Shown in pieces: positions 18,501 to 27,285 of a stretch of 62,604 nt of DNA. The stretch is from a virus (lineage: Duplodnaviria; Caudoviricetes). A program made the position numbers and the translations under genes. Numbering within the stretch: the stretch's first letter is position 1; each line of letters begins with the position of its first letter. The notes below the pieces were generated by a model. The model was not told the DNA's origin, ran no database searches, and was given only the letters and a program-made list of their open reading frames with translations. Location: IMG/VR virus record IMGVR_UViG_3300044619_000874, positions 1 to 62,604 of that record, one strand, 5' to 3'.

Positions 18501-19200
18501 CACCGACAAGCGATCCGAGTCCAAGCGATCGAGATAGCGGCGTGCTCTTGATGTCATCGTAGGACAGGTTGTTCGTGTTGAGGAAGCCGTCGAGGTGCCG
18601 CTGTTGGTCAGCACCCCACTTCCCTTGGGCGGTGCGGTTCTGGATGAGGTCTTCGAGGTTCGTGGCACGCTGCGCGGCACGAGTTCCCACAAGCGGGTCG
18701 GCTGCGTGCTCGGCGTAGTCGTCCACGCCTCGGCCCAGTCGGCGAAGTGCGCGGCCAGCCCGGCCGGTGACGTCCTCGGTCTTCGTACCGGCGGCGATGA
18801 GTCTCTGCTGGAGCGACTTGCTCGCCACCTCGGCAGCGTCATCGATCAGGCCGGTGGCCGCAGCCGCTCGGCCGCCCGGTGTCAGAGCCTTGAGCGGGCC
18901 GGAGAGGTACGTCAGCGGGTCAAGGGCAACGCTCGCCACCGTGCCCAGTGCGAACCTGCCGACAGGGTTGGTAATCCCCGTGGACTTCTCCACGAGATCG
19001 TCAGCCGAGTGTCGAGTGGCGGGGTCGAACGGATTCTCGAACGTCCCGTCCATGCCGTAGTCAACGGCGTTCCGCACGATGGCGGCCGGGGTGTCGAGAT
19101 ACCACAGCGCATTACTGACGCCACGAAGCGTGCGCGTCAGCGGGCTGGCGGAGGAGCCGTCTGGCGCGGCGGGAGTGGATGGCTCTGCGAAGTAGGCCAT
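15556..19200 (-). CDS. Large internal virion (ejection-type) protein
   Basis: 1214 aa, Ala/Gly-rich, last gene of virion operon; DYESLT.FEK.IR..WAPFYS motif; function inferred from position. Confidence 0.65.
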   Translation of the reverse strand: MAYFAEPSTPAAPDGSSASPLTRTLRGVSNALWYLDTPAAIVRNAVDYGMDGTFENPFDPATRHSADDLVEKSTGITNPVGRFALGTVASVALDPLTYLSGPLKALTPGGRAAAATGLIDDAAEVASKSLQQRLIAAGTKTEDVTGRAGRALRRLGRGVDDYAEHAADPLVGTRAAQRATNLEDLIQNRTAQGKWGADQQRHLDGFLNTNNLSYDDIKSTPLSRSLGLGSLVGDPLGAAAGDVAARVLDRIPETVRWSPVGLAAHQFANKAVGKLYEPIGQSTVTQINNAGQDGVARGGRAAGEVAQQLQFAKIPDDVARRTGLSDPKDVRVQEALDRYIEGVAVTAKDVDLIENTPKLKAIADDWARNKVSILQESKDAGINAHLLKHRYGAEYRPYSLTTALDRTVLNKNGNPAGAYFDLITGDQIARKKSLQLPGAIDQLRFYAKRPEFLMGRKDAAGKLWSRDEVAAQLFKEINDPNSAYYQTVQGSKAHQTAIELAAKTKGTPKYGQRRAAALADFLGDLDPADPVAFGNHPAEAIARYTTGRYAAIATGEALGDAITSRAVRQVAGAAKGEKMVPLAKALSMVGLKSGKAKTPLVNAGAVGAQARALAKLGVNDLSGYSVPQSFIDRLTDAENLVKSPAAQGAAGKFLAEHMRAFKSQVLAWPSRVTRDWASGTIGNFLTVKDPVALSKSMYHTQSLLNGSYDEALPYIKSLPAYAQMATGGKGDEEILQAYLNDLAESGTLKGMGMVEREIGDRTGKSLLEVLPGSTPMPLPIPNAQTVKDIVTDKNSLDWYGIKGVSFGNRQRSWTQFGKDWVADPVGSGSNVQRPVRKVTNNPFFRKAEQASEWSDAHARLSGYNALLAEGVAPREAARRLKRIHVDYESLTDFEKGIRNLWAPFYSYNARSGQFAIEELMNPGGAYRHALQTRERLQNSDENAQYLPQSYREKGGFTVNPETLRSLGVPDAMNIGLAPEGMSTVLGGIDIPGASFLDSFAYKPSANGALDSAAASAGATLRNFSAQAAPPLRVFTEMATGKDAFTRRDVGYSQSQWDKAIGGVINLAGGDGKSFRLKEPVKWAADLLIPGASRITGFVGTALDPNVDRASGALGAVWNSVAPVRHYYVSDEQRTRDERAAIDEMLQRVPGRRTFSTTSIPEEVAEGLPPQFQALLARKKVLDKESRAASKAESTTERRAAKFRATRSERKARSG

Positions 19201-19203
19201 TGA

Positions 19204-21762
19204 TCACTCCACCCGGGAACTGTCATCCATGCCGATCCGGGTAGTGCCCGCCTGCTGCGGAACGAACCGACGCCACATGGCACCAGCCACGTTGCGCGGG
19301 ATGCCAGCATTGGCGTAGGCGGCGGCCTCAAACTCGGCCTGACTCATCGGCTTCTGCCCCTGCACCGGCTGGCCGTTCTCGTCGAGGCGGTTCGCGAGGC
19401 GGTGCAGCCATCCGTACGCCATCGTGCCGGGGCCAGCCGACTGAGCCGCAAGCCAAGCGCGCCGCTGAACCACGCGGCCAGCCGTGCGCATAGCCTCTTC
19501 TCGGGTGCTCGTCTTGTCGCGCTGCATGATGGCATGAGCACCAGCCTCGGTCTGCTCCTCGATCGTTGCGCCCTCGGGCATCGCGTTCAGGGCGTTGTCG
19601 ACGATCTGCGGCAACTCCGGCGTGGCTTCCCTGCCGTCACCCTTGGCGGCGGGATCGGGGAGGGCCCCGGCCACTCCCTCTTGCGCCTTGCCCCGGATGA
19701 TGTCGCGGGCGGCATCTTCCTGACCAAGCGCGATCAGTGCCGCCGCCTTCTGGTCAGGCGTAGCATTGGGGTCAGTGAGTGTTCGGTTGGCAGCAGCCTG
19801 CTTGGCCTGCGGGGTCATCTGCGACTCTTGCCAGTTGTTGCGAGCGTTCTTGGTTCGAGTGTCCACCGAACGCTTGTCGTTCGCTGCTGTCTGTGCGCCG
19901 TCTCGTGCTTCCAGTGGCACGTTGCTAGAGAAGCCAGCACCATGTATCTGGTCGGCATAGTCCTCCAGCGTGATGCCCTTCTCCTGTAGTTGCGGGTTGG
20001 CCCGATACGAACGCACGGCCTCGAACCACTTCTTTCGCACGTCTGCGTTCGGCACTGCCGAGCGTTTCTTGGGCTGACTGTTCTGAGCGTCGACCATGTC
20101 ACGCATCTGGGCGCGATCCTTGGCGTCAGCCTCACCACGGCGGGACATGATCTCGTCGGTCAGCCCGTTGTCTACGAGCGGGCCTTGCTGCTCGACGTTC
20201 GCGAAGCCCTGCCCGGATCGCAGGCGGGACTGCGTGTCGGCGCGACTCATGGCGGCATTGCGATCGAACTGCTCTTGGTCATCCACTGCGGCACCGGGCT
20301 CACGCTTGGGCAGGCCGGGCCGACCGCCCGCTGCCTGCTGACCCGGCGGCGTGGCAACCACACCCTCGGCCACCTTGCGAGCGGCTGGCGGCGCGTCGGC
20401 GACCGGGCCCTGCTCTGGCGTGGCAGCGTCGGCACCGAACCTCGCACCGGGAGGAATGAGTACTGATCGACCGTTGCCGGTGTGGACTACTGCGCCCTGC
20501 CGGAACCTGTGCGAGCCGGGGCCGTGCTCTTTCTCGTACGCCTTCTTCTCGTTGTCGAACTGGACGCGCTCGGCGTGCTCGTTCACCCGCGAGTCGTAGT
20601 GCGCCCGAGAGGCTTCGTCGAGGGAGTCGACGTCGATGGACACAACGCGACCATCGGGCCTGCGGACGTTGACCGTCCGGGTCGACGGGTCGTGTCCCGT
20701 GATCTGGCCGTCGACCTGCTGGCCGTCAGTGAGCCGGAACCTCTGATCGCCGGGGCGGAGTTGTGGCTGCAAAGCCTTAGCCCGATCAGCCGGGGCGGGG
20801 GAGTGCGGGAGGTTCAGGCCACGAACGTAGTTCATGGTGCCCTCACCCAACCGGCTCGTGTGTACATGCCTCGGTCGGCCGTCGGCGCCAACGATCGTGA
20901 CCACGTTGTTCTCGTGGTCGTGGCCGACGACGTTGCCTTCAAAACTGTACTTGCCAGTGTTGTCGGTGAGGCGAACAGGAGTGGGTGCCTGTACGGCAGC
21001 GGGCCGAGGGGCGGGCTCTTGGGGCTTCGGGAGTTGCGGCGGCAGCGTCCCGCCGTGGGCCTGATCCGGCGCGTTGTTGTCGAACGTCGGGGCCGTCTTC
21101 GGTGGCGGGAAGAACGGCTTTGGTTGTGCCGCCTGCGGGCGCGGTGCCTGTGGCTTCGGCTGGGCGGCTGCCTCTCGCTGCTGCTTGAGGGTAGCGCGCT
21201 TCGAGGTGATCTGATTCCGGTCTCGCTCGTCGGCGACGTAGCGCGGTGCGTTGAATGCAGCCGCGTGCGTCTCGTCGTCTACCTCTTCGTGCGGCACGGC
21301 GATGGTCGAGCCATCCTGTCGCCGCATCAGGATAGAGCCAGCGTTGTTGTCGTACCCGGCGATCTCGCCGGTCATGGTGTAACCACCACGACTGGTGACC
21401 GTGCGAGGATTCCACGGGGCTGCGGGCTTCGGTTGAGCGGCAGGAGGTGGTGCAGCCGGGTTCTGCTGAACCTCACGAACGGGGCCCGGGGCAGGTCGAG
21501 GCTCTTCCCGAGTGACCCGAGGAGTGAACGTCGGAACGTCCACCTTCATGGAGTCAAGGAACTGCTGGTTCGTTCCGGTGTTGATCGCCCGACCGGCATT
21601 CTCCATTGCGCCGCGCTGCGCAAGGACTGCGGGGCTACCGCCCATCTCGTCAGCCATAGGAGGGGCGGCCTGCGGCATGGCAGCCACGCCGGGCCGGGCA
21701 GCCTGCTGCGCCTGACGCTCGGCGGTCATTCGTCGGACGCGGTCTTCAAGTGTCTCTGCCAC
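19204..21762 (-). CDS. Internal virion protein with three SHD1-like domains
   Basis: 852 aa, Pro/Gln/Ala-rich linkers; three repeats of R.T..G....G.i.G.D.....v.....DG....v....l. Confidence 0.65.
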   Translation of the reverse strand: MAETLEDRVRRMTAERQAQQAARPGVAAMPQAAPPMADEMGGSPAVLAQRGAMENAGRAINTGTNQQFLDSMKVDVPTFTPRVTREEPRPAPGPVREVQQNPAAPPPAAQPKPAAPWNPRTVTSRGGYTMTGEIAGYDNNAGSILMRRQDGSTIAVPHEEVDDETHAAAFNAPRYVADERDRNQITSKRATLKQQREAAAQPKPQAPRPQAAQPKPFFPPPKTAPTFDNNAPDQAHGGTLPPQLPKPQEPAPRPAAVQAPTPVRLTDNTGKYSFEGNVVGHDHENNVVTIVGADGRPRHVHTSRLGEGTMNYVRGLNLPHSPAPADRAKALQPQLRPGDQRFRLTDGQQVDGQITGHDPSTRTVNVRRPDGRVVSIDVDSLDEASRAHYDSRVNEHAERVQFDNEKKAYEKEHGPGSHRFRQGAVVHTGNGRSVLIPPGARFGADAATPEQGPVADAPPAARKVAEGVVATPPGQQAAGGRPGLPKREPGAAVDDQEQFDRNAAMSRADTQSRLRSGQGFANVEQQGPLVDNGLTDEIMSRRGEADAKDRAQMRDMVDAQNSQPKKRSAVPNADVRKKWFEAVRSYRANPQLQEKGITLEDYADQIHGAGFSSNVPLEARDGAQTAANDKRSVDTRTKNARNNWQESQMTPQAKQAAANRTLTDPNATPDQKAAALIALGQEDAARDIIRGKAQEGVAGALPDPAAKGDGREATPELPQIVDNALNAMPEGATIEEQTEAGAHAIMQRDKTSTREEAMRTAGRVVQRRAWLAAQSAGPGTMAYGWLHRLANRLDENGQPVQGQKPMSQAEFEAAAYANAGIPRNVAGAMWRRFVPQQAGTTRIGMDDSSRVE

Positions 21763-21773
21763 GGCGAACCCCG

Positions 21774-24700
21774 CTAGTCTTGGTACATGGTGCCGGGGTA
21801 GCCGATCCTGCTCGCGCCGCCCGCTGGCCGACGCATTTCGCGTAGCCGCATCTCTCTTATGGACTGAAGGAGGGCCGCCTCGTCACCCGGCATGGGGGCG
21901 GAAACGGGCATAGGCTCGCTCGGATCGTCGCCAAAATCAGGCACTCCAACGGGCGGGGCTGGCGGCCAGATGGCGTTCGAGGCGTGCCTGTATCCAACAA
22001 GGGCGGCTGCGGCTGCGGCTGGTACACGCACATAGTTGCTGCCAGCCGCCTGACGAACGCGTCCGAGGGTCGCATCGATAGCCCGCCGGGTGGCCGTTGG
22101 CGGAGGGTCGAGGCTCTGCGGAGTCTTCCCGCGATACTCGGCACGCATTCCCGCCGTGCTGGCCCACGGGTTCTGAGGGCGAACGCCCGGGGCGGCGGCA
22201 ACATCATCCACGATGTCGGCACCATCGAGGCCGGAGCCCGGGGTGTCGTCGATTGGAACGTAGAACGGATTGTCCGCGTCAGCGAAGTCCGATGGGTCAA
22301 TGTCACCTTGCGGTGCATCAGGCACGGCATTGCCGCTTGGGGTAGGCAGCGGGCCTTCGCGGAACGGAGGGGCCTCGAACGTGGTTCCCCAGCCAGTGTC
22401 GTGCCCACGAGCACCAGACCGACGTCGTTGCTGTGCAGCGCGGATCGCGGCAGTCGGGTCGCCATGCACCCGAAGGTCGTGCATGTCCGGCCGTGCCTCG
22501 GGACTGCCTTCATTGACGCGGGTCACGCTCCCGGCGTGCGGGGCGTCAATGGCATCGGCCTGCCATTGTTCGATGGGTCGTGTTGATGTCGCAGCCGCCT
22601 GCGCCCTGCGTCGGGCTGACGCTGCGCCAACGTCAACCACCTGCGGAGGTGGCTGCGAGGGACGGGTGGCTGTGGTGCGAGGAGCGGTCGCTGCCACAGT
22701 GCTCGTCGGCGGAGCAGTGGGTGGCGGGGCGGAGCCAGTGCCGCCTTCGTTCACAACCGTGTCGCTTGCAACTGGCCTTCGCGCCTTAGTGGCCGCAGTC
22801 TCTGCACGCTCTGCCTCGATGGCTTGGAGTTCTGCGTCCGTAGGCTGGCCTGTGGAGTAGTCAGACAGATCGTCCGCAAGTTCGGACGCAGCGACGTTGG
22901 GGTCAACCTTGCGCGCGGCTCGTTCTTCTGCCGACCATCCTGCTCGAACTGCCGCACGGCGAGAAGCCTCGTCGCCCTCGCCACTAGCCGCCTTACGCTG
23001 ACGGCCGGGCATGCCTGCTGCGAGTTCGGTTTCGCTCACTTCGGCCAGATCGTCGCCGACTGTGGGTGCAGCGGTCGTTGGCGGTGCGGCCTTCTTCCCG
23101 CCACGCCGAGCACCCCGGCCTTGGATCGGGAGAGCATCCTCGTCGCCGAGTGCCCAAGTGGGCTGGAGGTCTTTAAGGCCACGGTCGACCTTGGTGTCTG
23201 GCGTGAGAGGATCGCTGACGCGACGCAGGCTGGGGTTGACCTCTGGCTTCTTTTGATCGAAAGCGCGAACAGGCCCAACGTCCGCACCGCTACCCCAGTC
23301 CTTGAAGTCTCGGGTCGTAGCCTCACGCTCGCGAATGACGTCTGCGATGGCGTCGTAGCCCGGGTCGCCCTTTGCGAGCGTGCCAGCATCGTAGTCGGCG
23401 ATCAGTTGATCAACTGACTTGCCACCAACCGTGCCACGGTACTCCTTCTGCGGAGCGCGAGTGACGTCTTTCGGCTCACTGAGAACGATGCCGTCGTCCT
23501 TGCCCGGCGCACCAGCCTTCGGGAGGTCGGGGTAGGCGTCTGGCTTGAATGGCCGAGCGCGTGCATTGCCCCGGAGGAACGTCCGCGTGTCACTCGGGGC
23601 AGCAACGAAGCCCTCTTCAGCCTCACTCCACCGAGTCTCGGAGCCGGGGCGCGCAGGCGGCCTGCTGCCAAGCCCGGGGCGGGCGGCAGAGTCTGCAATG
23701 GCGGCGGCGTCGCGGGCCTGCACAGACGCAGGAAGGTTGGTCGGCATCGGGCGGCCAGCGTCAGCCATGAGAGCGGCTGCGTATCCGTGAATGGAGTCGC
23801 TGTCCATGACGGCGGAGACGCGCTCGCCCGGCACGGCAGACTTCATCGCCGACTCGGCGGTGCGGTAGGCGAGCGAGTAGGCGAATCGGCCGTCCTTGTC
23901 TGCCTTGATGGAGTCGATGACCCGCTTGTACTCGTCGATGCCGAACTCTTTGATGACGCTGTTGCGCACCTGATCGATTCGCGCAGTTGCGGGCTGGGTT
24001 GGTCGGCCCTCCATGCGCGTGATGTTGGCCTTTGCAACCTCGGACGCCTCGATCTCGTCGCGGTCGAGCCGGGCACCTACCTCGGGCTGAACCGGATCAA
24101 CACCAGATGCACCGATGGCGGCGGCCTTGCGAGCATCTGCGTCAGTCAGGTCATCCTTCGGCCCGGCATTGCGGTACTTCGTCTTGCCAACGAAGTTCTC
24201 GAACAACTTCGGGTCGTTGCTCATCAAGTGGCGGATGCCGGTGTTGTCGAGTTCGTCGCCCTTCTTGACGGGCACCTGCTTCGTGACGGTCTTCTTGCCT
24301 TCCTTCACGTTGATCGTGTAGGTGAAGTCGTACGGGGCGGAGTACTTACTATTGCGCAGTTGGCCGACGATGTCGGTGACCATCTTGTTGAGGTACGGCG
24401 AGGCAGATGTGCCGCCGACGCTCGTGACTGCGCGCTGGTTTCGCGACCGCCGCTCCATCGAACCCGGCGTGATAGTGCTGCCGTCGGGCATGCGCACCGG
24501 GATTTGCTGGCGAGTGGACTTCTTGCCGCTGTTCGGATCGATCTCCGGCTCACGGTCAACCACCTCGCGCTTGGTCTGCGGGGCCTCTGCGGCCCGCTGC
24601 GCCACCGGGAGCGGCTTGCTGCCGTCGCCGCCACCGGCAACGACTTCGCTGCCAGCGGGCTCGCTGCGGCTGCGCCATGCAGTGGCTCCGCGCTCAAGCA

Positions 24701-25319
24701 CCGGGCCAATGTCCTCCGCCTCGGCCTCTTCCGTGCCGGGGTTGCGGCGGTCGCGTCGATTGGTGGACTCGCCAAGCGGAGTCTCGGCCCGGCGTCGCCC
24801 TGCCGTCACGCCCTCCAGAGAGGTGCGGGTGCGGCTGATGTCCTCGCGCTGCCCACTCTTCGCCTCGAACTCGGCCTTGTCTGCGAGAGCGCGCTTGGCT
24901 TCGTCCGGCCGGTCATAGAGGGAGTTGCCGCCGACCCGGTCGGGGCCTTCCTCGCGGGCAGGGGAGGGCAGGGCGTCACGCTTGGGGTCAAACCCCTTGG
25001 CCGCCTCGGGCGTCTCGACCTTGCCGAACACCATCTGCTCGTACTGGGCCTGCCACAGACGGTTCTGCTTTCCGAGCAACTCGGAGTTCTTCTGATGAAC
25101 GCCCGGCTTGACAGTGTCTGACGTCAAGGAACGCTGACCGCGAGGGGTCAGCATGAACTCGCGCAGTTCTGGCGCGGTCATGTTTCCCGGTCTCACGACG
25201 CGGGTCTTCGGGGCAGGGGCCCGGCCAGCACCCTTGGCCGTCGCTGCTACGGCGTCAGGAAGTTTGGCTTCGAGGAACTGCGCGATCGTGCGGGCTGCGC
25301 CCTTGCTTCCACCGGCCAT
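21774..25319 (-). CDS. Large low-complexity virion-region protein
   Basis: 1181 aa, Pro/Ala/Arg-rich, with a hydrophobic patch near the C-terminus. Confidence 0.6.
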   Translation of the reverse strand: MAGGSKGAARTIAQFLEAKLPDAVAATAKGAGRAPAPKTRVVRPGNMTAPELREFMLTPRGQRSLTSDTVKPGVHQKNSELLGKQNRLWQAQYEQMVFGKVETPEAAKGFDPKRDALPSPAREEGPDRVGGNSLYDRPDEAKRALADKAEFEAKSGQREDISRTRTSLEGVTAGRRRAETPLGESTNRRDRRNPGTEEAEAEDIGPVLERGATAWRSRSEPAGSEVVAGGGDGSKPLPVAQRAAEAPQTKREVVDREPEIDPNSGKKSTRQQIPVRMPDGSTITPGSMERRSRNQRAVTSVGGTSASPYLNKMVTDIVGQLRNSKYSAPYDFTYTINVKEGKKTVTKQVPVKKGDELDNTGIRHLMSNDPKLFENFVGKTKYRNAGPKDDLTDADARKAAAIGASGVDPVQPEVGARLDRDEIEASEVAKANITRMEGRPTQPATARIDQVRNSVIKEFGIDEYKRVIDSIKADKDGRFAYSLAYRTAESAMKSAVPGERVSAVMDSDSIHGYAAALMADAGRPMPTNLPASVQARDAAAIADSAARPGLGSRPPARPGSETRWSEAEEGFVAAPSDTRTFLRGNARARPFKPDAYPDLPKAGAPGKDDGIVLSEPKDVTRAPQKEYRGTVGGKSVDQLIADYDAGTLAKGDPGYDAIADVIREREATTRDFKDWGSGADVGPVRAFDQKKPEVNPSLRRVSDPLTPDTKVDRGLKDLQPTWALGDEDALPIQGRGARRGGKKAAPPTTAAPTVGDDLAEVSETELAAGMPGRQRKAASGEGDEASRRAAVRAGWSAEERAARKVDPNVAASELADDLSDYSTGQPTDAELQAIEAERAETAATKARRPVASDTVVNEGGTGSAPPPTAPPTSTVAATAPRTTATRPSQPPPQVVDVGAASARRRAQAAATSTRPIEQWQADAIDAPHAGSVTRVNEGSPEARPDMHDLRVHGDPTAAIRAAQQRRRSGARGHDTGWGTTFEAPPFREGPLPTPSGNAVPDAPQGDIDPSDFADADNPFYVPIDDTPGSGLDGADIVDDVAAAPGVRPQNPWASTAGMRAEYRGKTPQSLDPPPTATRRAIDATLGRVRQAAGSNYVRVPAAAAAALVGYRHASNAIWPPAPPVGVPDFGDDPSEPMPVSAPMPGDEAALLQSIREMRLREMRRPAGGASRIGYPGTMYQD

Positions 25320-25322
25320 GCG

Positions 25323-25670
25323 TCAGCCCTTCTTCTTTTGGAACGGGAACGAGTTCTTCTTCTTCTTGAAGGGGAACTTCTTGTTCTTCTTCTTCGCGTC
25401 GTCGATAGGCGACTTGTCGTCGTCCTCTTTGTCCTCGTCGTCATCGATGGCGACCTTGCGCACCTCGACCGGAATGTCGTCGCTCTCGACCTTTGGGGCC
25501 TTGGAGTCGCCCTTGCCCTCGCTGTGCAGGTCGGCGAGGTCTTCCTGCTCTTTGTCAGCGTCGTCGTCCGACGCCTTCTTCTTCTCGTCGGACTTGTGGT
25601 TCTTGAGCAGGGCAGCCTTCAGCATTCGCTTGAGTGCGGTCGGCTTGATGTCGTCGATGTCGAAATCCAC
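25323..25670 (-). CDS. Highly charged small protein with Lys-rich FPF tail
   Basis: D/E/K-rich; KKKNKKFPFKKKKNSFPFQKKKG; AAGGAG RBS. Confidence 0.65.
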   Translation of the reverse strand: MDFDIDDIKPTALKRMLKAALLKNHKSDEKKKASDDDADKEQEDLADLHSEGKGDSKAPKVESDDIPVEVRKVAIDDDEDKEDDDKSPIDDAKKKNKKFPFKKKKNSFPFQKKKG

Positions 25671-25681
25671 GGGGGAACTCC

Positions 25682-26251
25682 TTATCCAAGTAGTCGTCGA
25701 AGGGCGTCGAGGTATGCCTTCTGCTGCGCGGCGTTGACGGTGGCGGCGGCTTGTTGACCGGCGAACCCGCGCGACCAGTCGGCCTGTGACATGGCATGAC
25801 GAACCATCGCCAACGCCTGCGCCTCACTCTCGCTGCCGTACTGGTAGGCGAGCCGAGACTTGGCGTTGTTCAACTGGTCTTGCGCGTCGATGCCAGCGGC
25901 GTCAGCGCGACCGGCCGAGAGTGCTTGCTGCTGGCCGACCTGCGCGAAGTAGTCAGTGCCCCGAGAAGAACTGACTCCGTTGCGAGCCATCTGCTTCTGG
26001 AAGACGCGAGGGTCGCCCATCATCTGAGCCTGACCCATGCGGTTGTTGATCGCGGACTGGGTAGAGGCGTCAGAGATGTAGTTGGGCTGCTGCCATGTGG
26101 ACTGGCCCGAGTAGTTACCTGCCTGCGCGGGGGCGGCAGGAGCCGGGAACGGCATGGCCTTTGGCGCGCTCGGTGCGCTCGGTGCGTTGGGCCCAGTGCT
26201 GCCGGGTGCCAGAAGGATGGGCGAACCAGACCCAAGTGGTGCAGAGATCAT
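25682..26251 (-). CDS. Gln/Ala-rich putative internal virion protein
   Basis: ATGA-coupled; QAAA-rich composition. Confidence 0.55.
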   Translation of the reverse strand: MISAPLGSGSPILLAPGSTGPNAPSAPSAPKAMPFPAPAAPAQAGNYSGQSTWQQPNYISDASTQSAINNRMGQAQMMGDPRVFQKQMARNGVSSSRGTDYFAQVGQQQALSAGRADAAGIDAQDQLNNAKSRLAYQYGSESEAQALAMVRHAMSQADWSRGFAGQQAAATVNAAQQKAYLDALRRLLG

Positions 26252-26790
26252 CGCATGCCCCCTCGCAAGGCCGACCAAGGATTGAACGCGCTCTGCACGC
26301 CACCAGCGAAGCCGATGTTGTTGGCCGCGATCTGCGCCGCGAGGCCGACCTGACTGTTGGATCGCTCGGCGTAGTCGCCGTAAATCTTCGAGAGGTTTGT
26401 CGCGCCGGAGGTTGTCAACTCCGAACGCTTCGCCTGCTGCTCCATCTGGAGTTGCTGGTTCTGGGCGTCGATGCCGCGACCTATCTGCGAGGCGTCATTC
26501 CACGCCGCGCCGCGCGCGAGAGCGGAGACGTTCGGGTTCGGCTGGTTGCCAGTGCTGAGTAGCCCGGAGAGGACTCCCTGCCTTCCGATGCCGCCGCCGA
26601 CGTTAACGCTGGAGCGGTAGTTCTGTGCTGCGGGCTGCGGCTGCGAGCCAGTGGAGGCGATACCGACGGGCGCAGAGGTGGCTGCGTTGCCGACTTTCCC
26701 GCGAGTGTTTCTGTCCTTCCAGTGAGTCCACCCATCCGGGGCGGCGTCGCCGTTTCGGAATACCGCCTGCTGTGGTGTCATGCCTGCCAT
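26248..26790 (-). CDS. Putative internal virion protein
   Basis: 180 aa, Gly/Gln/Asn/Ala-rich. Confidence 0.55.
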   Translation of the reverse strand: MAGMTPQQAVFRNGDAAPDGWTHWKDRNTRGKVGNAATSAPVGIASTGSQPQPAAQNYRSSVNVGGGIGRQGVLSGLLSTGNQPNPNVSALARGAAWNDASQIGRGIDAQNQQLQMEQQAKRSELTTSGATNLSKIYGDYAERSNSQVGLAAQIAANNIGFAGGVQSAFNPWSALRGGMR

Positions 26791-26829
26791 CTGCTGTCTC
26801 CACCCGGTTTATGGGGCGGGGACGAGCGA

Positions 26830-27285
26830 TCACGGCACGGCTTCAGGCCAACTTGCCGCCTGCCGGATAGCCAGCCGGATCAGCGTTTTCCCGGCCAACT
26901 CGACGTACGGCAGTTTCCGCTTGGTTGCCTCCTCGTTCAGCCAAGTGGAGATCAGTTCCACGTTGTCCCGGCACCACTGGAGGCCCTTCAAATCCATCTC
27001 TCGGGCTCTGGCGTTGCACTTACAGGTGGGGGACGAGGTGATCCCGATCCGCTTCAGCATTCCCTTCATCGCCGTCCCTGCGCCACGAGGAGGCGGAGGC
27101 TTGGGCGGGCCGTAGACTTCCGGCTTGGCAGCCTTCGCCGGGCGGGGCTTCGGGTAGGCCGGGTGCTTCTCGTCAATCGTCCACTCGTCCCCCCGCTTGG
27201 AGACGACGCAGGGCATGACGTCGGAGACTTTGTACCCGCGCTCGGCACAGCGGGCGAACAAGTGCTTCTTGTGACAGGTGATCAT
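26830..27285 (-). CDS. Hypothetical Cys-containing protein
   Basis: ATGA overlap with Cys-rich gene stop; GAGTAMK...CKCNARAREMD. Confidence 0.6.
   Translation of the reverse strand: MITCHKKHLFARCAERGYKVSDVMPCVVSKRGDEWTIDEKHPAYPKPRPAKAAKPEVYGPPKPPPPRGAGTAMKGMLKRIGITSSPTCKCNARAREMDLKGLQWCRDNVELISTWLNEEATKRKLPYVELAGKTLIRLAIRQAASWPEAVP

Noticed and set aside
20482-25121. Long + strand ORFs (431 and 444 aa)
   Set aside because: Antisense to large virion-region genes, with no motifs or evident RBS support.
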